A DNA stretch of 17,340 bases. It comes from an uncultured Thiopseudomonas sp. (GTDB taxonomy: Bacteria > Pseudomonadota > Gammaproteobacteria > Pseudomonadales > Pseudomonadaceae). The DNA lies in contig CAZVDA010000019.1 of assembly GCA_964625365.1 (NCBI GenBank), forward strand, positions 1 through 17,340, read 5' to 3'. Positions 1 to 9,700 of the stretch are shown piece after piece (the stretch's first letter is position 1; each line of letters starts with the position of its first letter). The notes under the pieces were generated by a model, which saw only the letters and a program-made list of their open reading frames with translations, did not search any database and was not told the DNA's origin. The position numbers were made by a program, and so were the translations under genes.

Positions 1-725
1 CAGCCGCGCTGGGCCTGTTTCATCAGGGCGTCGGTGATCTGGATTTCGCCGCCCTTGCCGGGTTCGGTTTGTTCGATCAGCTCGAAAATGTCGGGGGTGA
101 GGATATAACGGCCAATGATGGCCAGATTGGATGGTGCCTCTTCGGCTTTGGGCTTTTCGACCATGCTGTTGACCCGGAAGATGTCGTCACGGATCATTTC
201 GCCGGAGATCACGCCATATTTGTGGATGTCTTCGCGGGGTACTTCCTGCACGGCGACAATCGAGCAGCGGAATTGTTTGTACAGTTGCACCATCTGACTC
301 AGCACGCCGTCGCCTTCGAGATTCATGCACAGGTCGTCGGCCAGGATCACGGCAAAGGGTTCGTCGCCGATCAGGCGGCGGCCGGTGAGGATGGCGTGGC
401 CCAGTCCCTTCATTTCCAGCTGGCGGGTATAGGAGAAGCTGCAGTTGCTCATCAGGTGACGGATGCCGCGCAGGTAGTCTTCCTTGTCGGTGCCCTGGAT
501 CTGGGTTTCCAGCTCATAGCTGATGTCGAAGTGGTCTTCGATGGCGCGCTTGTTGCGGCCGGTCACGATGGCCATGTCGGGAATGCCGGCAGCCAGCGCT
601 TCTTCCACGCCAAACTGGATCAAGGGCTTGTTGACGATGGGCAGCATTTCCTTGGGCATGGCCTTGGTAGCCGGCAGGAAGCGGGTGCCGTAGCCGGCAG
701 CGGGAAACAGGCATTTCTTGATCAT
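1..725 (-). CDS. galU: UTP-glucose-1-phosphate uridylyltransferase (GalU), 3'-truncated by the window edge
   Basis: The minus-strand start ATG is the complement of 723-725. Translation gives MIKKCLFPAAGYGTRFLPATKAMPKEMLPIVNKPLIQF..., the classic GalU N-terminus with the G-x-G-T-R nucleotidyltransferase loop. It matches E. coli GalU ([25 protein letters not shown]...VEKP...PSNLAIVGRY). The SD is AAGGAG about 8 nt upstream. The plus-strand ORF 69..743 is its antisense shadow. Confidence 0.88.
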   Translation of the reverse strand, partial: MIKKCLFPAAGYGTRFLPATKAMPKEMLPIVNKPLIQFGVEEALAAGIPDMAIVTGRNKRAIEDHFDISYELETQIQGTDKEDYLRGIRHLMSNCSFSYTRQLEMKGLGHAILTGRRLIGDEPFAVILADDLCMNLEGDGVLSQMVQLYKQFRCSIVAVQEVPREDIHKYGVISGEMIRDDIFRVNSMVEKPKAEEAPSNLAIIGRYILTPDIFELIEQTEPGKGGEIQITDALMKQAQRG

Positions 726-762
726 GGGTGGTGCTCCTTGTAGCCGCATGCGGCCAGTTGGC

Positions 763-1557
763 TTAGCCCAGTAGCAGGGCGTCGTCGCTGATTTTTTCGC
801 CGCGTACTTTTTCAAACATGTCCAGCAGGTCGGGGATCTGCATGCCCTTGCGCTGTTCGCCAGATACATCCAGTACTACCTGGCCCTGGTGCAGCATGAC
901 GGTGCGGTCGCCCACGTCCAGCGCCTGGCGCATGCTGTGGGTGACCATCATGGTGGTGAGCTGTTTTTCGCTGACAATGCGCTGGGTCAGTTCCAGTACA
1001 AAGTCGGCGGTGCGCGGATCAAGGGCGGCGGTGTGTTCGTCCAGCAGCAGGATGCGTGACGGCTGTAGCGCGGCCATCAGCAGGCTGACTGCCTGGCGCT
1101 GGCCGCCGGACAGCAGGCCGATACGATCGGCCAGGCGGTTTTCCAGGCCCAGGCCAAGGCGTGACAGTTGATCACGGTAAAAGTCGCGCTGGTCGGCCTT
1201 GACCGCCCAGCCCAGCCCGCGCTTGCTGCCACGGCACTGGGCCAGCGCCATGTTTTCTTCGATGGTCAGGTCTTCGCAGGTGCCGGCCATCGGGTCCTGG
1301 AAAACGCGGGCGACGCGGGTGGCACGTGCCCAGACCGGCAGGCGGGTGACGTCGGTGTCGTCGATCAGGATGCTACCGCTGTCCACGCGCAGGTCGCCGG
1401 AGACGGCGTTGAGAAAGGTGGACTTGCCGGCACCGTTGGTGCCGATCACGGTGACAAACTGGCCGGTGGGGATTTCAAGTGACAACCCTTGCAGGGCGCG
1501 GGTTTCGATGGGCGTGCCGGGGTTGAAGGTGATTTTGAGGTCGCTGGCTTTGAGCAT
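763..1557 (-). CDS. ABC transporter ATP-binding protein, COG1101-type partner of the COG2984/COG4120 uncharacterised ABC system
   Basis: The track ORF 763..1692 is trimmed to Met46 (MLKASDLKITF...). That start (complement of 1555-1557) sits 1 nt after the permease stop. Walker A is GTNGAGKST, the ABC signature is LSGGQRQ and Walker B is LLLDEHTAALD. The stop is TAA (complement of 763-765). Confidence 0.85.
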   Translation of the reverse strand: MLKASDLKITFNPGTPIETRALQGLSLEIPTGQFVTVIGTNGAGKSTFLNAVSGDLRVDSGSILIDDTDVTRLPVWARATRVARVFQDPMAGTCEDLTIEENMALAQCRGSKRGLGWAVKADQRDFYRDQLSRLGLGLENRLADRIGLLSGGQRQAVSLLMAALQPSRILLLDEHTAALDPRTADFVLELTQRIVSEKQLTTMMVTHSMRQALDVGDRTVMLHQGQVVLDVSGEQRKGMQIPDLLDMFEKVRGEKISDDALLLG

Positions 1558-1558
1558 G

Positions 1559-2449
1559 TCAGGCACTCCGGCGGCGCGCCAGGCGCTGTTTGAACAGGGG
1601 GATGACCAGGGCCACGGTGACCAGCAGGGCGGTGACCAGGTTGAGGTCCTGGGCCTGCAGGCCGATGAAGTCGCTTTCCAGCGCCAGCGCAATGAAGAAA
1701 CGGTAGACGATGGCGCCCAGGATAACCGACAGGGTCAGGACAAATAGCTTGCGCGAGGGCAGAATGCTTTCGCCGACAATGACCGCAGCCAGACCGATAA
1801 CGATGGTACCAATGCCCATGGAAATATCGGCACCGCCCTGGGTCTGGGCAAACAGTGCGCCGGCCAGACCGACCAGACCATTGGAAATCGCCATGCCGAG
1901 AATGATCATGGCACCGGTGTTGACGCCCTGCGCACGCGCCATGCGCGGGTTGGAGCCGGTGGCGCGGATGGCCAGGCCCTGCTGGGTGGAAAAGTAGGCG
2001 TCCAGCGCCAGCTTGGCCAGTATCACCACCGCCACCATGATCAGCGGGCGGCCTACGTAGTCGGCCAGCCAGTCGGGCTGCAGGACGGTGAAGACGGTCG
2101 GTTCGCTGATGATGGGAATGTTGGGGCGGCCCATGATGCGCAGGTTGATGGAGTAGAGCGCAATCATCATCAGGATGCTGGCCAGCAGGTCCATGATTTT
2201 CAGGCGCACGTTGAGCAGGGCGGTGATGATGCCGGCGGCGGCTCCGGCCAGTGCGGCCAGCGCGGTGGCCAGAAAGGGGTTCATGCCGCTGGCAATGCAC
2301 ACGGCACCGACGGCACCGCCCAGTGGAAAGCTGCCATCGACGGTGAGGTCGGGGAAACGCAGCAGGCGAAAGGAAATGAAAACACCCAGGGCGACCAGGC
2401 TGAAGATCAGGCCGATCTCAAGCGCGCCGAAAAAAGAAAACCAGGACAT
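1559..2449 (-). CDS. ABC transporter permease (COG4120-type, single polypeptide)
   Basis: The 296-aa product is very hydrophobic. Its N-terminus MSWFSFFGALEIGLIFSLVALGVFISFRLLRFPDLTVDGSFPLG is typical of this permease family. It is translationally coupled to the downstream ATPase. The SD is weak. Confidence 0.82.
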   Translation of the reverse strand: MSWFSFFGALEIGLIFSLVALGVFISFRLLRFPDLTVDGSFPLGGAVGAVCIASGMNPFLATALAALAGAAAGIITALLNVRLKIMDLLASILMMIALYSINLRIMGRPNIPIISEPTVFTVLQPDWLADYVGRPLIMVAVVILAKLALDAYFSTQQGLAIRATGSNPRMARAQGVNTGAMIILGMAISNGLVGLAGALFAQTQGGADISMGIGTIVIGLAAVIVGESILPSRKLFVLTLSVILGAIVYRFFIALALESDFIGLQAQDLNLVTALLVTVALVIPLFKQRLARRRSA

Positions 2450-2554
2450 GCGGATTAGGCTTCACAGCTGTGGGAAATTAAACGGGCGATTATACCCGCC
2501 GAAAGCTGTAAAGGGGTAGGGTGGAATCAAGAAGTGGCAGAAAGCTGCCCGGTG

Positions 2555-2577
2555 CGGCCGCCCGCAGCGGGCGGCCG
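2555..2577. other. GC-rich intercistronic stem-loop between the substrate-binding-protein and permease genes
   Basis: The arms cggccgcccgc (2555-2565) and gcgggcggccg (2567-2577) are exact reverse complements, giving a stem of about 9 bp with a loop of a few nt. No U-tract follows on either strand. It lies in the 137-bp gap 2450..2586. Confidence 0.4.
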
Positions 2578-2586
2578 GCTGCGGGT

Positions 2587-3564
2587 TTAGCGGATAATTT
2601 CCGTGGCGCGTTGCAGCAGCTCTTCGCTCAGGCGCACGCCCTGCTTTTCGGCGGCGGTTGTGTTGATGTATAGCTGCAGGTTGTCGCTGGTTTGCGGGGC
2701 AATGTCGCCGGGCTGTTCGCCATTGAGGATACGCACCACGATGCGGCCGGTTTGCTGGCCGAGCTGGCGGTAATCTACGCCCATGGCGGCAATGGCACCG
2801 CGTTTGACGCTGTCGGTATCCGAGGCAATCAGCGGGGTTTTGGTATCGTTGCCGACCTTGGCCAGTGATTCGTAGGCGGATACTACGTTGTTGTCGGTGT
2901 TGGTGTAGATGACGTCAACCTTGCCGGCCAGGCTGAGGGCTGCGTTGCGCACGTCAACGGTACGGGGTGCGGCAGCTTCGACCAGTTGCAGGCCGTGTTC
3001 GGGCAGCAGCTTTTTAAAGGCCTCAACCACGGCTACCGAGTTGGCTTCGCCAGGGTTGTAGACCATGCCGACTTTCTTGACATCGGGAATGATTTCCTTG
3101 ATCAGCTCGATTTGCTTGTCCAGCTCCAGCAGGTCGGACACGCCGGTGACGTTGGTGCCGCTGGCGTCCCAGCCGGACGTAAGCTGGGCCTGTACCGGAT
3201 CGGTCACCGCAGTGAATACCACGGGGATCTGTTTGGTGCCGGCGACCAGCGCCTGGGCGGTGGGGGTGGCGATGCCGACCAGAACGTCGGGGCGGTCACC
3301 GATAAATTTGCGGGCAATCTGTGCGGCGGTGCCGGTGTTGCCCTGTGCGCTCTGGTATTGCCATTTGAGATTCTGGCCTTCGGTGTAGCCGGCTTCCTTG
3401 AGGGCGTCGAGTACGCCGTCACGGGCGGCATCCAGCGCAGGGTGTTCGACAATGGCGGTAACGGCGACGGACTTGACCGCTTCCTTGGCGATGGCGATCT
3501 GGGTACCCATGGCCAGCGTCAGGGCGCTGAGGGTGAGGACAGCAGATTTTGGAAGCTTCAGCAT
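2587..3564 (-). CDS. periplasmic substrate-binding protein of the uncharacterised ABC system (COG2984 / ABC_sub_bind family)
   Basis: The track ORF 2587..3615 is trimmed to MLKLPKSAVLTLSALTLAMGTQIAIA-KEAV..., a Sec signal peptide with an AxA cleavage site. The SD is AGGAG about 8 nt upstream (rc of 3570-3580). Order and coupling with the permease and ATPase genes fit a single operon. Confidence 0.82.
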   Translation of the reverse strand: MLKLPKSAVLTLSALTLAMGTQIAIAKEAVKSVAVTAIVEHPALDAARDGVLDALKEAGYTEGQNLKWQYQSAQGNTGTAAQIARKFIGDRPDVLVGIATPTAQALVAGTKQIPVVFTAVTDPVQAQLTSGWDASGTNVTGVSDLLELDKQIELIKEIIPDVKKVGMVYNPGEANSVAVVEAFKKLLPEHGLQLVEAAAPRTVDVRNAALSLAGKVDVIYTNTDNNVVSAYESLAKVGNDTKTPLIASDTDSVKRGAIAAMGVDYRQLGQQTGRIVVRILNGEQPGDIAPQTSDNLQLYINTTAAEKQGVRLSEELLQRATEIIR

Positions 3565-3657
3565 GGATGGGACTCCTGCGGTAATTTTTATTGTGTAAAA
3601 AGGTGTTGGTAGCAAGGGAAAGCGTGTATGGGTGTTTCAGCATCTGCCGGGCATGGA

Positions 3658-3688
3658 TTCTGCGATTGCCCTTGCGGGCAACGCAGAA
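3658..3688. repeat. Long imperfect inverted repeat (13-bp arms with one bulge, loop TTGC) in the gap between the valS stop and the ABC-operon start. It may be a valS terminator-like hairpin without a U-tract, or a protein-binding palindrome.
   Basis: ttctgcgattgccc (3658-3671), ttgc, gggcaacgcagaa (3676-3688). The arms are reverse complements apart from a single unpaired nt. There is no T-run on either side. Confidence 0.45.
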
Positions 3689-3728
3689 TGACGGGGCTGG
3701 CTCACTACTGAGACTTCAATGGTTGTCC

Positions 3729-6584
3729 TTACAAACTCGCCATTTTCTCCCGCTGTTCGGTGAACTGGGCTAGCGCCTGTTCATATTCGGCCTGTTTGGC
3801 GCGCTCTTTTTCAATCACGTCGGCCGGGGCCTTGGCGACAAAGCCTTCATTGCCCAGCTTGCCGGCAACGCGCTTGATCTCGCCTTGCAATCGGGCGATT
3901 TCCTTGTCCAGTCGGGCCAGTTCGGCGGTGGTGTCGATCAGGCCGGCCATGGGCACCAGCACCTGTAGATCGCCGACCAGAGCGGTGGCGGACATGGGCG
4001 CTTCCTGACCGGCACCCAGGGTGCTGATGGATTCCAGCCGGGCCAGCTTGCTCAGGGTGGTTTCGTTGACCTGCAGGCGGCGGCGGTCTTCGGCGCTGCT
4101 GTTGGCCAGGTACAGCGGAATGGGCTTGCCCGGACCGATATTCATTTCGGCACGGATGTTGCGCACCGCCAGCATCACGCTTTTCAGCCATTCGATATCG
4201 CCTTCGGCCTGTGCATCCACTTTGTCGCCTTCGCTGGACGGGAAGGGTTGCAGCATGATGGTGGAGCCTTTTTTGCCGGCCAGCGGCGCAATGCGCTGCC
4301 AGATTTCTTCGGTGATGAACGGCATGAACGGATGCGCCAGTCGCAGGGCGGCTTCCAGTACCCGCACCAGCGTGCGGCGTGTACCACGGGTACGGGCGGC
4401 CGGGGCGTTTTCGTCCCACAGCACCGGTTTGGACAGCTCCAGATACCAGTCGCAATACTGGTTCCAGATGAATTCGTACAGGGCGTTGGCGGCCAGGTCG
4501 AAGCGGAACTGGTCCAGCTGGCGGGTGACTTCCTGCTCGGTGCGCTGCAACTGGGAGATAATCCAGCGGTCGGCCACCGTCAGTTCGACCTCCTGCTCCG
4601 TACCCAGCCCCACATCCTTGTCTTCGCACTGCATCAATACGTAACGCGCGGCGTTCCAGATTTTGTTGCAGAAGTTGCGATAGCCTTCTACCCGGCCCAT
4701 GTCGAACTTGATGTCGCGGCCGGTGGAGGCCAGTGAGCAGAAGGTAAAGCGCAGGGCGTCGGTGCCGTAGCTGGCAATGCCGTCGGCAAACTCTTCGCGG
4801 GTCTGCTTTTCAATGGCGGCGGCCATTTGTGGCTGCATCATGCCGCTGGTGCGTTTTTTTACCAGTGACTCAAGGTTGATACCGTCGATGATGTCCAGCG
4901 GGTCCAGCACGTTGCCGCGGGACTTGGACATCTTGTGGCCCTGGCTGTCGCGCACCAGGCCATGGACATAGACGGTTTTGAACGGAATCTGCGGGCTGCC
5001 GTCTTCATGTTTGACCAGATGCATGGTCAGCATGATCATGCGGGCAACCCAGAAGAAGATGATGTCAAAACCTGTCACCAGCACATCGGTGGGGTGGAAG
5101 GTTTCGAGGAATTCGGTCTGTTCCGGCCAGCCCAGGGTGGAGAAAGTCCACAAGCCGGAGCTGAACCAGGTATCAAGTACGTCTTCGTCCTGGCGCAGTG
5201 CGAGGTCGGCTGCCAGGCTGTATTTTTCCCGCACCTCGGCTTCGGTACGACCGACATAGACCTTGCCGGATTCGTCATACCAGGCCGGAATGCGGTGACC
5301 CCACCACAGCTGGCGCGAGATGCACCAGTCCTGGATGTCGCGCATCCAGCTGAAATACATGTTTTCGTATTGCTTGGGCACGAACTGGATGCGGCCGTCT
5401 TCCACGGCGGCAATCGCCGGCTCGGCCAGCGGCTTGGTGGACACGTACCACTGGTCGGTCAGCCATGGCTCGATGACAGCACCGGAGCGGTCGCCGCGCG
5501 GAGTTTTCAGTGCGTGCGGCTCGATTTTTTCCAGCAGACCTAGGCTTTCAAAGGCGGCGACAATACGCTTGCGGGCCTCGAAGCGGTCCAGGCCGGCAAA
5601 CTGCGCCGGCAGGCTGGCGTCCAGCTCAGCGTTGTGGCTGCCATCGCTGTTGAAGATCTGCGCGGTGGCCAGAATGGCGGCGTCCTGATCGAGAATGTTG
5701 ATCATGGGCAGCTGGTGGCGCTTGCCGACTTCGTAGTCGTTGAAGTCATGGGCGGGGGTGATTTTTACACAGCCGGTGCCGAACTCGGGGTCGCAGTAGT
5801 CGTCGCCGACAATCGGGATGCGGCGGCCCACCAGTGGCAGTTCAACAAAGCTGCCGATCAGCTCTTTATAACGTTCGTCCTCCGGGTTTACCGCTACGGC
5901 GGTGTCACCGAGCATGGTTTCCGGACGGGTGGTGGCGACTACCAGATAATTTTTGCCATCGGCGGTGGTGGCGCCGTCAGCCAGCGGGTAGCGCAGGTTC
6001 CACAGGCTGCCCTGCTCGTCATGGTTTTCCACTTCCAGGTCGGAAATGGCGGTATGGAATTTCGGGTCCCAGTTGACCAGCCGCTTGCCACGGTAAATCA
6101 GGCCGTCGTTGTACAGGCGGACAAAGGCCTCTTTAACCGCTTCGGACAGGCCGGCATCCATGGTAAAGCGCTCGCGGCTCCAGTCCACCGAGCTGCCCAG
6201 CCGGCGGATCTGGCGGGTGATGGTGCCGCCGGACTGCTCTTTCCACTGCCAGACCTTGTCCAGAAAAGCCTCGCGGCCGAGGTCGTGACGGGTTTTGCCC
6301 TGGGCTTCCAGCTGGCGCTCAACCACCATCTGGGTGGCGATGCCGGCGTGGTCGGTGCCGGGCTGCCACAAGGTATTGCGGCCCTGCATACGGCGGTAGC
6401 GGATCAGCGCATCCATGATGGCGTTGTTGAAGCCGTGACCCATGTGCAGGCTGCCGGTGACGTTGGGCGGCGGAATCATGATGGTGTAGGGGTCGCCGGA
6501 ACCCTGGGGGGCAAAATACAGATTGCTTTCCCAGTTCTGGTACCAGATGGCTTCGATGGCGTGCGGCTGATAGGTTTTATCCAT
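3729..6584 (-). CDS. valS: Valyl-tRNA synthetase
   Basis: The track ORF 3729..6659 is trimmed to [24 protein letters not shown]..., which aligns with E. coli ValS [24 protein letters not shown].... It has [21 protein letters not shown] (HIGH motif) and [15 protein letters not shown] (KMSKS), and the C-terminal coiled-coil tail typical of ValRS. The stop is TAA (complement of 3729-3731). Confidence 0.96.
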   Translation of the reverse strand: MDKTYQPHAIEAIWYQNWESNLYFAPQGSGDPYTIMIPPPNVTGSLHMGHGFNNAIMDALIRYRRMQGRNTLWQPGTDHAGIATQMVVERQLEAQGKTRHDLGREAFLDKVWQWKEQSGGTITRQIRRLGSSVDWSRERFTMDAGLSEAVKEAFVRLYNDGLIYRGKRLVNWDPKFHTAISDLEVENHDEQGSLWNLRYPLADGATTADGKNYLVVATTRPETMLGDTAVAVNPEDERYKELIGSFVELPLVGRRIPIVGDDYCDPEFGTGCVKITPAHDFNDYEVGKRHQLPMINILDQDAAILATAQIFNSDGSHNAELDASLPAQFAGLDRFEARKRIVAAFESLGLLEKIEPHALKTPRGDRSGAVIEPWLTDQWYVSTKPLAEPAIAAVEDGRIQFVPKQYENMYFSWMRDIQDWCISRQLWWGHRIPAWYDESGKVYVGRTEAEVREKYSLAADLALRQDEDVLDTWFSSGLWTFSTLGWPEQTEFLETFHPTDVLVTGFDIIFFWVARMIMLTMHLVKHEDGSPQIPFKTVYVHGLVRDSQGHKMSKSRGNVLDPLDIIDGINLESLVKKRTSGMMQPQMAAAIEKQTREEFADGIASYGTDALRFTFCSLASTGRDIKFDMGRVEGYRNFCNKIWNAARYVLMQCEDKDVGLGTEQEVELTVADRWIISQLQRTEQEVTRQLDQFRFDLAANALYEFIWNQYCDWYLELSKPVLWDENAPAARTRGTRRTLVRVLEAALRLAHPFMPFITEEIWQRIAPLAGKKGSTIMLQPFPSSEGDKVDAQAEGDIEWLKSVMLAVRNIRAEMNIGPGKPIPLYLANSSAEDRRRLQVNETTLSKLARLESISTLGAGQEAPMSATALVGDLQVLVPMAGLIDTTAELARLDKEIARLQGEIKRVAGKLGNEGFVAKAPADVIEKERAKQAEYEQALAQFTEQREKMASL

Positions 6585-6753
6585 GGTTTGGCAAAAATCC
6601 CGATAACAAAAGGGCTTGAAGAAAGGGTCGGAGTATACATTTAAATGGCGGCAAGCCAAAGAAGTGACCCTCCCTTCCTGTATGAGCAGGCTTGCCCTGC
6701 GACTGGTTGTTTATTCTCGCGGGGCAATCCCGCTTGATACAGGGGCGGTACAA

Positions 6754-9700
6754 TTATGGCTTGCTGGCGGGTTTGTCGGCCTGTTTTTGCCGCTCGCGGC
6801 GTTCCTGCTGGCGTATGTGGTTGAGGGTGACTACCAGGGCGGAGCGCAGGAAGCGGTCGGAGCGTTGCTGGTCGCTAATCAGCTGTTCGGAGCGCTCCAG
6901 GATGTCGGGCCAGGGTATGCCCTGTTCGGCAGGCCGGCTGCTGCGAGTGGCGGTGACCAGATCGACCAGCTGGGCAACGATCTTGCCGCCGATATCTCCG
7001 TCGGCACCGCCAATGCTCTGGTTGCGCTGGAAGTTGCGCTTGATTTCGGCCCAGCGTGCCTGCTGGCTGTCGTTCAGGGTGTTGCGCAGCTCGCCCAGCT
7101 TGAGCAGGTTTTCTTCGGCACCCAGCGTCAGCAGCTGGGCTTCGCCGCGGTAGTGGTCGTCCAGCAGTTGCTGCATTTCCTGGTCGTTCATGACGGCGGT
7201 CACCTTTTCCGCCAGTTTGTTCATGTTGCGGTAGGAGCCCTGCAGCTTGAACGGTGGTTCGGTGCGGTAGGCGTCGGCCTGGGCGGCGCTGGCGATGTAT
7301 TGCTGGTTGATGCGCCACAGCACTTCGCGCACGGTCAGCAGGCGCTGCAGGACGGCTTCGATTTCGCGCAGTTCGGCGGCGCTGTAGTCGTGGCTGAGGG
7401 CGTTGCCGGACACTTCGTGGCCACGGGCCTTACTGACCAGCAGGTGCAGGTCGTTGAGGTCGCGGTTGGCCAGCGGGGCCAGTACCGGGTTGCTGGTGAG
7501 GCTGTTTTCAATGTAGCTGAGCTTGAAGGTTTCTTCCTGGCCGCCCAGCACGTCGCCGAGGTTATAAATGTCGGCACGGTTGGCCAGCATGTCGGGAATT
7601 TTGAACACTTCTCCGGACTCGGTATAGGGGTTGCCGGACATCACCAGGCAGAATTTTTTGCCGCGCAGGTCGTAGGTTTTGGACTGGCCCTGCCAGATAC
7701 CTTCCATGCGGCGGGTACCGTCGGCCAGCGAGATGAATTTTTGCAGAAATTCGGGGTGGGTGTGCTGGATGTCATCGACATAGAGCATGACGTTGTTGCC
7801 CATTTCCAGCGCCAGGTTGAGTTTTTCCAGTTCGCGGCGGGCGGCGCTGTCGGGTGCGCGGGCGGGGTCGATGCTGCGTACTTCGTGCCCCAGCGAGGGG
7901 CCGTCGATTTTCATGAACACCAGCCCCAGCCGGTGGGCGACATATTCCATCAGGGTGGTTTTGCCGTAACCGGGGGGCGAAATCATCATCAGCATGCCCA
8001 TCAGGTCGCTACGCTTGTTGTTGCCGGCGGTACCCATCTGTTTGGCCAGATTGTCGCCAATCAGCGGCAGATACACCTGGTCGATCAGCTGGTTGCGGAC
8101 AAAGCTGGTCATGGGTTTGGCCTTGAAGCTATCCAGCTGCAACTGCTGGCGCTGTTCGCTGGTGATGCGCTGGCGCAAGGCCTGATAGGCCTGCAGGCCG
8201 GGCTGGTAATGCCGCTGGTGCCACAGGGCATTGCTGGAAAAACCGTCAACCGACAGCAGCAGTTCGCCATCCTGGATGCGCGGGTGCTGGCTGAGCAGGC
8301 CGGTGACGCGGGTGTGCAGCTGCATCGGCACGATCTGGCGTGGCAGGGCAGGGTCCAGCAGCAACAGGGCGGCGGCTTCCAGCGCATAGGGGGCGTTGGC
8401 GTGCTGTTCCGGCTGGCTGGCCAGCGCATTGAGCCAGTGCAGGGCTAGCTCCAGCCGCTGGTTGAGCGCCAGTGCCGGGTTGCCCAGCGAGGCGTGCAGG
8501 CTATGCCAGCTGCCGTCGGCTTCCAGGGTGGCCTGCAGCAACTGGGTCAGCTGTTCGGCGTGACTGGAGAAGTGGAAACTGTGGGTGTCGTAGGCCAGCT
8601 CGTCGGCCAGGTAGCGGGCGGCTTCGTGGCTGAGGGTGTCCAGCGGGGTATCGGCGTGACAGGTGAAGGGCGTCAGGTGTGCCTGTTCGGCAAACCGGCC
8701 CAGCACCGCGGCGATATCGCGTACCAGTGCCTGGCCGGCGAGCCGGCTGCCCATGACCCGCTGCAGCATGCGGGCGCTGGTGGCACGTACCGGCCAGTGT
8801 GCGGCGTCATCGTTGTCGCCTTGCTGGTTCCAGAACAGTACGGCCAGCGCCCGGGCGCTGGCATCGTGGGCCAGTACGCCGGCCACTTCGCGCAGCGGCA
8901 GCAACGCTTGCAGAATCAGGGCGGCGTCATGGTCGTGAATGCCCCGTTCATAGCCGTCACGGTAGCGGGGGGCGGCAAAGTTGCGGACGGCACGCACCAG
9001 CTCGTCCGGCTGGTGCATGAGCTCGGCCAGCTGTTGCGAACTGATGGCCGTGTTGTCGCCAGCAGCGGGCTGTTCGGCGCTGTTGATGACCTGCAGTGCC
9101 AGGTATTCGGCCCGGCTGAAACGGTCGGACTCGGAGGCGAAGGTGGCGTCCCAGAAGGTGCGCAGGGCGTCCAGCTCGGGGTGGATGACCGGTTGCATGT
9201 AGTCGGTGCCGACCAGATGGGTATACAGGTGGTCACCGCGTGGCATCAGGGTCAGGTCCAGCGGCTGGGTGTTGACCGAGAAACGGTGCCGGCCGAGCCG
9301 GATGATGCTGCCGCCTGCTTCGAACAGGGTGCTGCGGTCGGACTGCAGGCGCAGCGCCTGGTCCTGTACCGCCTTCAGGCGGGCGCTGATGTCGTCGGCC
9401 TTGACGCTGTCCTGCAGGGCTCGCAGGCGGTCGGCCAGATCGTGCAGCTTGAGGATTAGCGCATCGCTGGCAAAAAAGCTGTTGAGGGCGTCACGTTCCT
9501 GCAGCCGTTCGGTGCGCCGGGGCAGACCGTCGAGAATGCGCAGGGCGGCATCGTACAGGGTCTGGGCGCGGCGCTGGCGTTCGTCGAGCAGGGTTTGTTT
9601 GCGGCTTTCAAAGGCTTCCAGCAGGGCTTCGCGCTTGGCCAGAATATCGGTGAGGAACTGTTCGTGCTCGCCATACTGGCTTTCCAGTTCTTCCAGCAGC

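Noticed and set aside
69-743. 224-aa plus-strand ORF at the left edge
   Set aside because: It is the antisense shadow of galU. The minus-strand translation matches GalU along its entire length.
1446-2300. 284-aa minus-strand ORF rich in Pro/Arg/His that overlaps the permease and ATPase genes
   Set aside because: It is an alternative frame of real genes. Its composition is junk-like and it has no start context. The co-linear frames encode bona fide ABC components.
2493-2509. Possible small hairpin gggcg-attata-cccgcc
   Set aside because: The arms are not true reverse complements, so the hairpin would carry a G-G mismatch after 2 bp.
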